A stretch of 64,000 bases of DNA from an uncultured Nitrospiraceae bacterium. GTDB taxonomy: Bacteria > Nitrospirota > Nitrospiria > Nitrospirales > Nitrospiraceae. Where the stretch lies: positions 160,001 to 224,000 of the forward strand of contig CAVPLT010000001.1 of assembly GCA_963706325.1 (NCBI GenBank), in the 5' to 3' direction. The notes beneath the pieces are model-generated. The model saw nothing but the letters and a program-made list of their open reading frames with translations. It was not told the DNA's origin and did no database searches. The translations under genes were made by a program, and so were the position numbers. Shown piece after piece: positions 29,304 through 39,291 of this stretch (positions within the stretch are counted from its first letter, which is position 1; the number at the start of each line of letters is the position of its first letter).

Positions 29304-29633
29304 ATGACCATCCCCTGGGCGACGACATTGCACCTCGTGAAGAAACTCCTACCAGTGGTGATCGAGAGGGCCCCGGAACTGCTTAAAACATTCGAGCGAT
29401 TTCGGGCCGATTCCCCATCGCCAGAATCGGTGTCGCCCGATCCGGCCCTTGCGGCGCTTCAAGAACAAATCAAAACTCAGCAGCGGACTATCGCCACCCA
29501 AGCAGACACCATCACACAACTCCGAACGGCTGCGATCGCTGCAAAGCGCTCGCTTACCGTCTCGCGGATCATTCTCGCGCTCGTAGCACTCCTCTCCATC
29601 ACAATGATCCTAGCCCTGCTCTCTCGATCTTAA
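29304..29633 (+). CDS. Hypothetical coiled-coil protein with C-terminal TM
   Basis: Q-rich coiled coil and hydrophobic C-terminus. Confidence 0.7.
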   Translation: MTIPWATTLHLVKKLLPVVIERAPELLKTFERFRADSPSPESVSPDPALAALQEQIKTQQRTIATQADTITQLRTAAIAAKRSLTVSRIILALVALLSITMILALLSRS

Positions 29634-29808
29634 GATCGTAACAGACCAAGAAGGCACTGCTTTGACCCCGCGATCGCGGCTGGCTTTCTCGACAATGAAG
29701 CCTACGGTGAGCTGAAGGTTGGACCATACTAGGCAGTGCAGCCCGTGCAGGAAGAGTCTACCCACAGGGTAGTTCAAAGGAACGTGGCGGAGATGCGCGG
29801 GAGGGGGC

Positions 29809-30561
29809 TCAGCCGGCGTATTCGTAAGAGAGGTCGCGAGTTTGAACCAACTTGATGAGCTGTAGCGTCCCGGCTGGGATGGCCGATACGATCCGCTCCC
29901 ATACAGCCTTCGCCAGGCATTCACCAGAGACAGCCGAGGTGGCCAGCGCGATACGCAAATCTTGGCCGTCGAATGAGGACAGCACACGATCTGTCACCAG
30001 TCGATCGAGCGCGACGATATCCGTGACCATGCCGGTTTCCAGTTCGATCCGTCCATGAACCGTTACAAATAAGTCCCATGTATGGCCGCGATGACCGTCA
30101 TGCACGGCGGTAAACGAGTAGCGCCTGGTGACGGACGCCGCCTCAAGGCCGGCTTCTGCCGTTAGCTCTGCGCAAAGATCCTCATCTTCGTACAGACAGA
30201 TGCGATGTAAGATTCCGACGTCCTGCTGGGTTTGCAGCTTGTCCCAGAGCACACGCGCAATGTTCTCGGAAGTTGGAATCTGTCGCTCGAAATAGGGTAA
30301 GTCGAGATTGAGGTGCTTGTGGTCGAATTCTTCCAATACCTGCAGCAGTACTCGCTTGAGGTCAAAGAGGTTCACCACCATACCGGTTCGTTGATCGACC
30401 TCACCCGCCACGGTCACTTCCAGCATGTAGTTATGGCCATGGCCTGGGTCGTTGTTGCAGGCGCCGAATGTGGCTCGGTTCCGCGCGGCATCCCACTCCG
30501 GTTTGTGATACCGGTGGGACGCGGAAAACTCAATGCGTTTGGTCAGTAAGACGACAGCCAT
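29809..30561 (-). CDS. Tandem-domain 6-pyruvoyl-tetrahydropterin synthase (COG0720)
   Basis: FSASHR...CNNDPGHGHNY, DHKHLN, PTSENIA; second degenerate T-fold domain. Confidence 0.85.
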   Translation of the reverse strand: MAVVLLTKRIEFSASHRYHKPEWDAARNRATFGACNNDPGHGHNYMLEVTVAGEVDQRTGMVVNLFDLKRVLLQVLEEFDHKHLNLDLPYFERQIPTSENIARVLWDKLQTQQDVGILHRICLYEDEDLCAELTAEAGLEAASVTRRYSFTAVHDGHRGHTWDLFVTVHGRIELETGMVTDIVALDRLVTDRVLSSFDGQDLRIALATSAVSGECLAKAVWERIVSAIPAGTLQLIKLVQTRDLSYEYAG

Positions 30562-30662
30562 AACAAATACCTACCACTCTTCCTAGTTCAAATGTTCAAC
30601 CGTGACGAGATGTTCAGTTGAGGATGCATCGACAGGGCGCATGGTACATTCGAGATGTCGCG

Positions 30663-31247
30663 CTAGCCGTTCAAGTCAGAAAGCCATTCCTGCCGCATCG
30701 GCAAGGGCACCTCCGCTTCAGCATTGTACCCGGCATGGTGGACGATGAGGGCCACACGCGCAGACTGATCACCCATGGCCTGCACCATCGCGGATGTCGG
30801 ACGGAATCGCACAAAATGCACGGCGCTGATCTTCGTCTCGTGGCTATGCCCTCCTTCGAATTCGCCATAGACGACCTCGCTCCCTGCACGGAGACCGACC
30901 TTGTGTCCGTGATCTAAGCCCATGAACAAATCGAGCCAGTGCTTCATTGTATCGGGATCCGTGAGCTCGATCAGAAGCGTGGCGCTCACTTCGCCGGAGG
31001 CCGGAAGGAGCGCATTGTATACCTCCAACTCCTCTTGGATTTTTTGCGGATCGACGATCCGCTCAACGCGAATGATTTCTTGGATCTGAAAACGGAGGGT
31101 CTCTCGATTTTCAAATACCAAGGTGATCTTATCACCGATCGTGATACGCCGACGTTGCTTCAGCGCGATGATGGCCTGTCGATACGACTCGCGTTGCCGC
31201 TCATACTCATCCTGGGGAATTAAGTCATCCTGCGTCAGAACTTTCAT
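30663..31247 (-). CDS. DUF3501-family protein
   Basis: FENRETLRFQIQE..RVERI, SATLLIE, SAVHFVRF. Confidence 0.88.
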   Translation of the reverse strand: MKVLTQDDLIPQDEYERQRESYRQAIIALKQRRRITIGDKITLVFENRETLRFQIQEIIRVERIVDPQKIQEELEVYNALLPASGEVSATLLIELTDPDTMKHWLDLFMGLDHGHKVGLRAGSEVVYGEFEGGHSHETKISAVHFVRFRPTSAMVQAMGDQSARVALIVHHAGYNAEAEVPLPMRQEWLSDLNG

Positions 31248-31296
31248 TGGCCGACTCCACATCCCGCGGCATTCGCCCGGTATTCCATACGAGCCC

Positions 31297-32583
31297 TCAT
31301 GAGGCCTGCGGATCGCGAGGCAACCCGTAGGCGTCGCGTACGATCTGGATTGGATGCTGCGACGCCTTCCCTCCGACATGCGTCATGGCGCCAGCTTGAT
31401 CGAGCTGCAGCCCAGCCAAGGGGCAATCGGACGCCACCAGGTCGGCGGGAGACTGTTCGACCACGCGCACCGCTTTCTGCGCAATCTTCATAGAGAGAGG
31501 GAAAAACTCTGTCTTGGCCGACCAGGATCCGTCATGCCCGGAGCACTTTTCTATCACCTCAACCTGAGCCCCGGCGCATTCCATCAATTCCTTCGATTTA
31601 AAACCGATGTTTTGGTCTCGCAAGTGACAAGGTACTTGGTAAGCCACCCGTCCAGGCCTCTGAGTAAACTCCATGGACAGACCCCCATCGCGCTTGAGTT
31701 TCATCAGATACTCGCAGACATCGTAGGTATGCTCCGCCACCCGCTTCGCCTCATCTCCGGGCACTAGATTCAGATATTCACGCTTCACCATCAGACTGCA
31801 ACTGGGAGCGGGGATCACAACATCATATCCCTGATCGACCCAGGATTTCAGTGAAGTGATATTCCGCTGTGCCGCCGACACCATGGCCGCGGTGTCTCCG
31901 ATATCGAAGGAGGGCATCCCACAGCAGGATTGGTCCGGTACCACCACCTGCACTCCGTTTTTTTCGAGCACCTGTACGGTCGCTTTGCCGACGTCTGTCA
32001 CTTGATAATTGACCAGGCAGCTTGCAAACAGGGCGACCTTTTTCCCAGCCAAAAATGGCTTGGTTGAAGCGCGCCGCATCCACCAACGTGCGAATGTTTC
32101 CCGTTGATAGTGCAGCACCTGCCGATCCCGATGGACACCGACAGTGATTTCAAGAAGACTGCGGAACCATGTCTGTCGCAGCGCCCAATTGACGAACGGC
32201 GCGACTGCACTGTTCACTTGTCCCAACAGATCGGTCTTGGTCAACAGCCGATCTCGCCATGTCGTCCCACGCTCCCCCGCCAGTCGTTTTTTCCACACCG
32301 CCATCAGGAGAGGAAAGTCGATGCCGTATTGATGAGGCGGGGTATAGGGGCAATGGTTGAAGCAGAGTTTACAGTAGTAGCATTCGTCGACTATGCGATG
32401 GTGATCCGCGGGCATGAGTTTGGTGACATCGCTCTCATACTCATCAATCCGATCCAGCAACGTATTGAAGGAGGGACAGAGGTTGAAGCAGCGGCGGCAG
32501 CCGTCGCACACATCGTAGATGCGTAACGTTTCTTGTTCGAGGGTTGCCGGATTGATCGGTTCAAGCAGGCGCAATTCTGCCAC
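31297..32583 (-). CDS. GlpC-like Fe-S oxidoreductase with CCG domains
   Basis: CDGCRRCFNLCP, CYYCKLC...CP, CCG, CSGHDG. Confidence 0.9.
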   Translation of the reverse strand: MAELRLLEPINPATLEQETLRIYDVCDGCRRCFNLCPSFNTLLDRIDEYESDVTKLMPADHHRIVDECYYCKLCFNHCPYTPPHQYGIDFPLLMAVWKKRLAGERGTTWRDRLLTKTDLLGQVNSAVAPFVNWALRQTWFRSLLEITVGVHRDRQVLHYQRETFARWWMRRASTKPFLAGKKVALFASCLVNYQVTDVGKATVQVLEKNGVQVVVPDQSCCGMPSFDIGDTAAMVSAAQRNITSLKSWVDQGYDVVIPAPSCSLMVKREYLNLVPGDEAKRVAEHTYDVCEYLMKLKRDGGLSMEFTQRPGRVAYQVPCHLRDQNIGFKSKELMECAGAQVEVIEKCSGHDGSWSAKTEFFPLSMKIAQKAVRVVEQSPADLVASDCPLAGLQLDQAGAMTHVGGKASQHPIQIVRDAYGLPRDPQAS

Positions 32584-32678
32584 AGAAGAACATTCCTTAT
32601 GCAGAGAGCGGAGGGAACTCGTAAAAGGTGGGCCGGACGTACTTCCCGCCCACCTACTCGCGACTAAACGCCTGGGGA

Positions 32679-33107
32679 TTACAGTTGCTTCAGACTATCG
32701 AGTCCCTTCGTAAACCGATTCGCATGGGATCGCTCGGCCTTTGCCAAGGTCTCAAACCATTCGGCGAGTTCAGAAAACCCTTCGTCCCTGGCTGTTTTGG
32801 CCATTCCAGGATACATCTGCGTGTATTCGTAGGTTTCGCCCTCAATGGCAGACTTCAAATTGGCTTCCGTATTTCCTATTGGCACACCGGTCGCAGGATC
32901 GCCGACTTCCTTCAGGAAATCCATGTGTCCAAAGGCATGGCCGGTTTCCGCCTCGGACGTGTCCCGGAACAATCCTCCGACATCCGGATACCCTTCGATA
33001 TCGGCTCGACGCGCAAAGTAGAGATATCGCCGATTCGCCTGCGACTCACCTGCAAATGCGTGCTTGAGATTTTCGTGACTCTTCGTGCCTTTTAAATTGT
33101 TCCCCAT
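32679..33107 (-). CDS. Short rubrerythrin (no rubredoxin domain)
   Basis: [32 protein letters not shown]. Confidence 0.93.
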   Translation of the reverse strand: MGNNLKGTKSHENLKHAFAGESQANRRYLYFARRADIEGYPDVGGLFRDTSEAETGHAFGHMDFLKEVGDPATGVPIGNTEANLKSAIEGETYEYTQMYPGMAKTARDEGFSELAEWFETLAKAERSHANRFTKGLDSLKQL

Positions 33108-33134
33108 GCTGTCCTCCCTACGCACATTGACGAT

Positions 33135-33596
33135 TTAATGTTGTTGCCCACTACGTGATGGAACGTCGAGCTGGACCCGCTGACACCCTGCACAATATCC
33201 GTGGAATTCAACCCGATGGCCGAGAATACGGAATCCTCTTGCTTGGCCATTGCTCACGCCCAATTGATTCAATGCTTCATCCATGACATCTACGATCTGA
33301 CGGCAACCTAGACAAATCAGATGATGATGGACTGTCACATTCCCGTCGAACCGCGCCACGTCATGACCCAGATTCACTTCCTGCGCCAAACCAGCCTGCC
33401 GCAGAATGCCCAGGGTGTAATAGACCGTATTGCGTGACATGGTCGGATGCTGAGACTTCACCGTCTGATATAGATCATCGGCAGTGGGATGGCTGGCTGT
33501 TTGAACTAATGCCGTATAGATGGCCGCTCGCTGCCGAGTCAAACGAACAGCGTGCCGGCGGAAACGCGCGTGAATCTCCTCAAAGGTCAGTCTCAT
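33135..33596 (-). CDS. Fur-family regulator, PerR-like
   Basis: HPTADD, TVYYTL, HHHLICLGC, GYCAGC; heads the rubrerythrin cluster. Confidence 0.9.
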   Translation of the reverse strand: MRLTFEEIHARFRRHAVRLTRQRAAIYTALVQTASHPTADDLYQTVKSQHPTMSRNTVYYTLGILRQAGLAQEVNLGHDVARFDGNVTVHHHLICLGCRQIVDVMDEALNQLGVSNGQARGFRILGHRVEFHGYCAGCQRVQLDVPSRSGQQH

Positions 33597-33607
33597 GCGT
33601 ACCCTAA

Positions 33608-33624
33608 GTAGGAATGATTCCTAC
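33608..33624. promoter_or_regulatory. 8-1-8 palindrome, probable PerR/Fur operator
   Basis: GTAGGAAT-G-ATTCCTAC 11 nt upstream of the regulator ATG. Confidence 0.65.
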
Positions 33625-33829
33625 ATAGCACGGAGCGCCATGCCACAGCAAGGCAGGGACGCCTATAGAGGTGCTGAAGTCGGCCCATCATACGACAGGC
33701 TGGCGCCTGATGTGGGGAGATGCGATCGAAAAGGGACACTCGGTTTTGAGGTGACCATGCAACGTTTTCGGTGGCATTCAATACGCACTGCAGACCAACC
33801 TTAACAAGGCTTGGGATGAACTCGACCGA

Positions 33830-34387
33830 CTAAGGCCTGTTGTAATGAGGCAGTTCCGGCTGCATGTCTGCAAGACACTTGTAGGCTTGATCTTTGGCGG
33901 AGAGCAGCGGCGTCTTCACGGGCCAGGCGATGGCAAGGGCCGGATCATTCCAGAGGATGCCCCGCTCATCCGCCGGCGAATACACCTCGGTGCATTTATA
34001 GAGAAAACCCGCCTCATCACTGAGCACGCAAAAGCCATGGGCAAACCCAGGCGGAATATACAACTGCCGCATGTTGGTATCGGACAACTCAGCCCCGTAC
34101 CATTGTCCAAAGGTTGGTGACCCCTGCCGGATATCCACCGCGACATCATAGACGGAACCTTTGACGACCGTGACCAATTTCCCTTGGGGTTTCGCTAGCT
34201 GGTAGTGAAGCCCTCGTAGCGTCCCACGGATGGACCAGGAAAAATTGTCTTGCACAAACGCTTTACTGACACCAGCCGCGTCATACCGCGATTCGCGAAA
34301 GATCTCCACAAATTTCCCGCGCGCATCCCCGAACACATCAGGTTCAATCTGAAAGAGATCTTTCAACGGCGTCGGTGTTATCTGCAT
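33830..34387 (-). CDS. rfbC: dTDP-4-dehydrorhamnose 3,5-epimerase
   Basis: DARG, VQDN, LRGLHYQ, GFAHGF. Confidence 0.95.
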   Translation of the reverse strand: MQITPTPLKDLFQIEPDVFGDARGKFVEIFRESRYDAAGVSKAFVQDNFSWSIRGTLRGLHYQLAKPQGKLVTVVKGSVYDVAVDIRQGSPTFGQWYGAELSDTNMRQLYIPPGFAHGFCVLSDEAGFLYKCTEVYSPADERGILWNDPALAIAWPVKTPLLSAKDQAYKCLADMQPELPHYNRP

Positions 34388-34572
34388 GGCACCTCCTGCA
34401 TATCAAGTCGACGGCGAGCCTACTTTACCTTGTTCCATTCAAGCGTAGAGGCACGCTGCATGTCGCGCCGGCCATAACTCTCATCTAATAAGCTGCCCGA
34501 CACTCATCCCATCATCGACTCATCGCAGTCGTAAGACACAGACACGAACGCGCAACACCTTTAATGCAACGG

Positions 34573-34974
34573 CTAGTTTCGATCCGAGGGGTGAGAGGTC
34601 GGAGGCGGGTCAGGGTAAAACTTTTGTAGACGATCGATCAAAGGTTCAGCAGCGGGGCTGCTGGGTTGCGTGGGATCGCTGGGAGCATGGTCCCAAGTCA
34701 GGGCAAAGATTCCTGCCTCTGCGAAAAGTTGGCGAATCGTGGCGACTAGGGCCTCGAGAGTCAACTCCGTGCCGGATCGAAGGTCTAACACTCGTTCACC
34801 CGGGTTGCTCGGCGGCGGGTCAGTGCTGACCAATGCCCAACAGCTGTCGAACACTCTCCGTCGCAATTCTTCCGGGACATTCAATGTGGCCAAGTCGGAT
34901 GTGCAGAGCGCCGACACCAGCAGGACAAATTGTAAATCCGGCATCCCAGGATGCTGGATATTCAGGGATTGCAT
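34573..34974 (-). CDS. Hypothetical protein
   Basis: 133-aa ORF, divergent from the ubiquitin-like gene. Confidence 0.65.
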   Translation of the reverse strand: MQSLNIQHPGMPDLQFVLLVSALCTSDLATLNVPEELRRRVFDSCWALVSTDPPPSNPGERVLDLRSGTELTLEALVATIRQLFAEAGIFALTWDHAPSDPTQPSSPAAEPLIDRLQKFYPDPPPTSHPSDRN

Positions 34975-35076
34975 AATGGTAATATTAATCGCGGGCGGCT
35001 GGGTGAGTCAATTTCCCCTGTCGCCTCTGATGGCATTCAAAAATTCAGGGCCGATGACTGAGAGGATCCACGCCAC

Positions 35077-35349
35077 ATGGTTACGATTACGCTAATGGGC
35101 CAGCTCCAAACGACTGATGGCGAGCGAGATCTGGCTTGCGAGGTCCCTGCCCCTCTCAGCGTACGACAGGTGATTCAACGACAGGGCCGAGGCCTTCGCC
35201 ACATGTTGCAACTCTTGCGGGAAAAGAAGGTGCTCGTCACCATCAACAAACGCATTGCTAGCGAGGATTCTCTCGTGCAAGACGGAGACGCCGTGCGCTT
35301 TGTGGGACATGATGGCGCAGGTGGAAGCGGACTGGCACCTTCCTTTTAA
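35077..35349 (+). CDS. MoaD/ThiS-family ubiquitin-like protein with an extension after GG
   Basis: Beta-grasp pattern VTITLMG...VTIN...VQDGDAV; ends GAGG-SGLAPSF. Confidence 0.75.
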   Translation: MVTITLMGQLQTTDGERDLACEVPAPLSVRQVIQRQGRGLRHMLQLLREKKVLVTINKRIASEDSLVQDGDAVRFVGHDGAGGSGLAPSF

Positions 35350-35408
35350 GCAATCGACCGCATGAATCCCGCTCGCTTCGGGGAGCTTAGCTTAGCATAA
35401 TGAAAGAG

Positions 35409-35445
35409 AAGGGCCGGTGCTCAACAGGCGAGCACCGGCCCTTCA
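35409..35445 (-). terminator. Terminator of the HU gene
   Basis: GAAGGGCCGGTGCTC-N7-GAGCACCGGCCCTTC, T-rich on the minus strand. Confidence 0.75.
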
Positions 35446-35467
35446 CATGGCAGGGCAATGGGGCCGA

Positions 35468-35755
35468 CTATTTCTTTCCGAGGATCGAATCCTTGGCCAT
35501 TTTCGCGACGCGGAACTTCACCACTCGCTTCGCTGGAATCTTGATCGGCTCACCTGTCTGCGGGTTGCGGCCCATGCGCGCCTTCCGATTGGCAAGCACC
35601 AATTTCCCGATACCCGGCACGACGAAGGCGTTCTTCGCTTCTCGATAGGCGAGGGCAGCGAAATCGTCCAAAAATTGGACGGCTGTCTTTTTCGTAATCC
35701 CTGCCTTTCCAGCAAGATGGTCAGCAATCTGCGATTTCGTCATCGACTTGGCCAT
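35468..35755 (-). CDS. hup: HU-family DNA-binding protein
   Basis: MTKSQ..., RKARMGRNPQTGE.IKIPA. Confidence 0.93.
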   Translation of the reverse strand: MAKSMTKSQIADHLAGKAGITKKTAVQFLDDFAALAYREAKNAFVVPGIGKLVLANRKARMGRNPQTGEPIKIPAKRVVKFRVAKMAKDSILGKK

Positions 35756-36049
35756 GCGTTCCTCCCTTTGAACAACGAATGAGGTGAACTGAATTGTGCG
35801 GTCTGTGAGCTATGAACTCGTGCGTGCAGAGGTGGAGCCGGGAATCTGCGCCTGTCCTGCATAATCAGCCCGAAAACAGGGCGAGAGTGTATCCAAAGCC
35901 CTAGAGGCTGTCAAGAGCTCCCGAACGGAAACACCGCGTAGAAAGAGGCTATCAGTGCGCCCATACTCTTGCGTGTCACGTAGGCCACGGGGTAGAGTAG
36001 GCTCAGGAGCAAGAATTCATCGCATCTTTGAGGAGCAATAGGCGGCGTC

Positions 36050-36607
36050 ATGGGTAAACAACTTCCAATTCTTCCCTCCGCTACACAGCCTGCCGAAGGC
36101 GCTGCGGCTGAAGCGGTAATCTACTCCAGAGTCTTCTGCAAAAACGAAAATGCCCCACCGCTGCGGCTCCTGGTGGATTTTCTGAAATCGCGAGGACAGC
36201 TGCCTATTCTCCCTCCAGACATGGATGACGCCCTATTGGATGAATGGGCGTGGGTTCAAATCATTTTAGGATACGCTCGAGAGCGGAAGCCGATTCATGT
36301 GTTTTGCGTCCGCGACCGTGGAAGCTATCAAGACCTGTTTGAAGAAGAACAGAAACTATTCCTCGAAAACCTGTCGTCCTATGACGATATTGAGGCCAGC
36401 TTGGCCCAGGAACATGTGACCCGTGCACGATTCATCCTCACGACGCGTATGATTGAGACAGACGTCACAGAGGAAGGCTACGACTTCAACGGGTGGATCC
36501 TGGAATTCTTTCAAGAACACTGTAACGGCATTGTGCAGATTGATCGCCAAGGGTTCTTCTCCCCAAAGGGAGAACTCATCGTGGATCTCTCGGTGCCCGA
36601 GGAATAG
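36050..36607 (+). CDS. Hypothetical acidic protein
   Basis: 185-aa ORF with GAGGAG upstream. Confidence 0.75.
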   Translation: MGKQLPILPSATQPAEGAAAEAVIYSRVFCKNENAPPLRLLVDFLKSRGQLPILPPDMDDALLDEWAWVQIILGYARERKPIHVFCVRDRGSYQDLFEEEQKLFLENLSSYDDIEASLAQEHVTRARFILTTRMIETDVTEEGYDFNGWILEFFQEHCNGIVQIDRQGFFSPKGELIVDLSVPEE

Positions 36608-36611
36608 GCCC

Positions 36612-37235
36612 ATGGGGACCCAGGCGTCCTCCTCATCCTTGCCCTTACCTCTGTTTCAACAAGCTACGAACTGGTTTGAACGTGCCCAGGCCTCACTCCT
36701 AGGAGCAATTCCTTGCTGCCAAGGATGCAGTGCCTGCTGTATCGGCATGTTCCCCATCACCCTCCTGGATGCCCTTGAGTTGCAACGCGGCCTCGACACG
36801 TTACCAGCTCTGCAGCGGAATGCCATTGTCACACGCGCTCGCGCCCAAGTCTCGGCGCTTGAAGCGGCTTATCCGAACCTTCTATCACAACCCGCCTTGG
36901 ATGGTTGGGCTGACGACACCATTGACGATATAGTCGAACATTTCGCCGACGTGCCCTGTCCCGCTCTCGCGCCCGACGGAACGTGCGGCCTCTATGCATT
37001 CAGACCCATCACCTGCCGAACGATGGGAATCCCAATCGAATCGGATGGTATGGTGCAAGGGGCCTGCACCGTTCAGACGGCTGTGCCGATCGTTCATCTC
37101 TCACCAATCTTTCGAACCGAGATGGACCGGCTGGCGGAGCACGAAGCCATCGGCTTGTCCGTCTTGGGCCGAGATCAGCCGAACTCGGGTGATGAACTTC
37201 TCTTGCCATACGGGTTCTTACCAAAGTCAAAGTAA
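36612..37235 (+). CDS. YkgJ-family (CxxCxxCC) cysteine-cluster protein
   Basis: CCQGCSACC, CPAL, CGLYAFRPITCR. Confidence 0.85.
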   Translation: MGTQASSSSLPLPLFQQATNWFERAQASLLGAIPCCQGCSACCIGMFPITLLDALELQRGLDTLPALQRNAIVTRARAQVSALEAAYPNLLSQPALDGWADDTIDDIVEHFADVPCPALAPDGTCGLYAFRPITCRTMGIPIESDGMVQGACTVQTAVPIVHLSPIFRTEMDRLAEHEAIGLSVLGRDQPNSGDELLLPYGFLPKSK

Positions 37236-37298
37236 CTCCCTAGACAGTTATAGAAACGCTATGCTAATGTGACGGGTCTGCGGGTCTGATTCGCGGGA

Positions 37299-37375
37299 GC
37301 GCCTGTAGCTCAGTTGGATAGAGCATCAGCCTCCGGAGCTGAGGGCCACAGGTTCAAATCCTGTCAGGCGCACCA
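37299..37375 (+). tRNA. tRNA-Arg (anticodon CCG)
   Basis: GCGCCTGTAGCTCAGTTGGATAGAGC...CT-CCG-GA...GGTTCAAATCC...ACCA. Confidence 0.96.
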
Positions 37376-37421
37376 TTCGCTCCGTCAGGCACCTCCTGTT
37401 TCGACACATAGTGCACCGGTG

Positions 37422-37497
<76 letters not shown>

Positions 37498-37564
37498 TTT
37501 TCTCCCTCAATCTTCTCAATAACTTCTGATTTCTGCCTTCCTAATTCGGCTGCGATTTCTGCCG

Positions 37565-37590
37565 TTGGTGCCAACTTTTGGTGCCAACTT
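37565..37590. repeat. Tandem 13-bp direct repeat TTGGTGCCAACTT x2 (possible integrase arm-type sites)
   Basis: Exact tandem copies between the tRNA-Lys 3' end and the integrase remnant. Confidence 0.6.
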
Positions 37591-37594
37591 TTTT

Positions 37595-37785
37595 CGAAGT
37601 CAGGATCGAGCACATCCACATATCGCCGATTCCCGCTCGGAATCCACTTGGCATTGTGCTTTAGCGTGGTTGTCGGCTTCGCATGGTGAGCTGTTGACAG
37701 AGTAGACGAGAGGCATTCCCCAGAAATCAGCAACGACGCACAAGTATGCCGGAGGCGTAGGGTTTGAAATGCGGGAGCTCACACA
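37595..37785 (-). pseudogene. C-terminal remnant of a tyrosine integrase
   Basis: Frameshifted LPHFKPY/LRHTCASLLISG...HAKPTTTLKHNAKWIP, matching the LRHT...LGH...TT..Y catalytic region with Tyr replaced by Asn. Confidence 0.7.
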
Positions 37786-38928
37786 CCTCCCATACTGTGA
37801 CAGAACGCGCTAATGCCGCCGGCGGAGGGTCGCTAACCGGGTGTTGACCGGCGCCAGTTTCTGACCGGCAGTGAACTTTGCTTTTTCAAGAGTCTGAATC
37901 GTTGGCTTCCTCATCATCCGCACCAGGCAACCGCTGTTAATAGGCAACGGTTAGCGAATAGTTCAATTCTTCGTCCCACATTCGTCCGTAGCTCGCGGAC
38001 GGCCGCTCGATCCACCTGTCAATGCTCAGAGTGTGGAAATGGCTGCATCTCCTCCCTCTGACCTGAAGACACCCTTTGACGTCTTCATTCCTCCCCACCA
38101 CATGATTCATAGCACCAACCCTTCTGGCCGCAATGGCCTTGTTTAACTGAACTTCGCTATACCGTTCGGCTATCTACACAGATGGGTAGTGGCAACCTTC
38201 TGCGCTCCAGTCACGGATTTTAATTTAGCGGCACAAACTTGGCACCAAGGGGCTATCCGTTGCAGCGAGATAAATGACGAAGATAACCACTGCCACAATG
38301 ACAAGCGAGAGCCACAGCATCGACGCGCCTCCAGAAAGGAACAGAGTTGAGAACCTGCCTTAAGAGACGTGTGAAGATGACCCGCCACCATTGATGATGC
38401 AAAGTGATGAAAGAAATAGCTGTCAGAGCGCAGGAATCATGCCCTTGTGTGGGGCACAGGATGGACGGCAACTACGTTGGCTTATCGGCTGGATCTACCT
38501 CATGGATCAATGGGTGTTCCCGCGACGCGGGGCCGCGCTTCGGGGAGTGGCCAGAGATGTGTCTGGGAAGACGTCAACGGACATTTCGGGTGGGATTAAG
38601 GTCCTGCCTAGATGATACGCTGACGAAACCACAGGGATAGATGTAATGCATAGCCGCGAGCACCTATCAGTGGTGCAGGCTGGTGCCAAGAACCATTGTC
38701 AACCGTGATCTAAGACAAGACCTGGCTAATCCATGTCTTGATTATTGGCTTCTGATTCACCATGATAGGTCAGCCTGGGTAGACTTCTTGTAAACGTGGC
38801 CGAACCTGCGAATAGGTGGGAATAAGGATCTTCTGCGCATCGTCGATGACAAGTTCCCCCCGATTCCCATTGCACGCCTCAACCTGCTTAAAGAGTTCTT
38901 CCATTCCATCATTTGAGGGCCGATTCGT

Positions 38929-39213
38929 ATGAACTGGACTCAAGACATGCCCACCCAAGAAAGCTGGAACTGGTTCCGAATAGACAATGAACAAAAGCGC
39001 ACCGTCATTGTCTACGTGATCAGCACAGATCGCATGATGGCCATGGCCACCAGCGTGAGATCGATCCAGCCGCTCAAAAGGAAGCCTGGTTTGGACCCCT
39101 CGAGCCGCCGCCATTCGAGGAACGCAAGTCGTAGCCGTGAGATGATCCTCCTACCATTCGGACGCATAAGTCATATCGACATCATAGGAGCGAGAGCATG
39201 TACAGTATCGTGA
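38929..39213 (+). CDS. Hypothetical protein or remnant
   Basis: N-terminus MNWTQDMPTQESWNWFR resembles W-x4-P-x4-W-x-W motifs of small mobile-element proteins; GAGG upstream. Confidence 0.35.
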   Translation: MNWTQDMPTQESWNWFRIDNEQKRTVIVYVISTDRMMAMATSVRSIQPLKRKPGLDPSSRRHSRNASRSREMILLPFGRISHIDIIGARACTVS

Positions 39214-39291
39214 TCTATTGGGCGGAGGTAGCTATGCCGGACCCCGGCGGCTGTTTGATTTGGCGACTGCTCCGTTCTAATGACATAGCGA

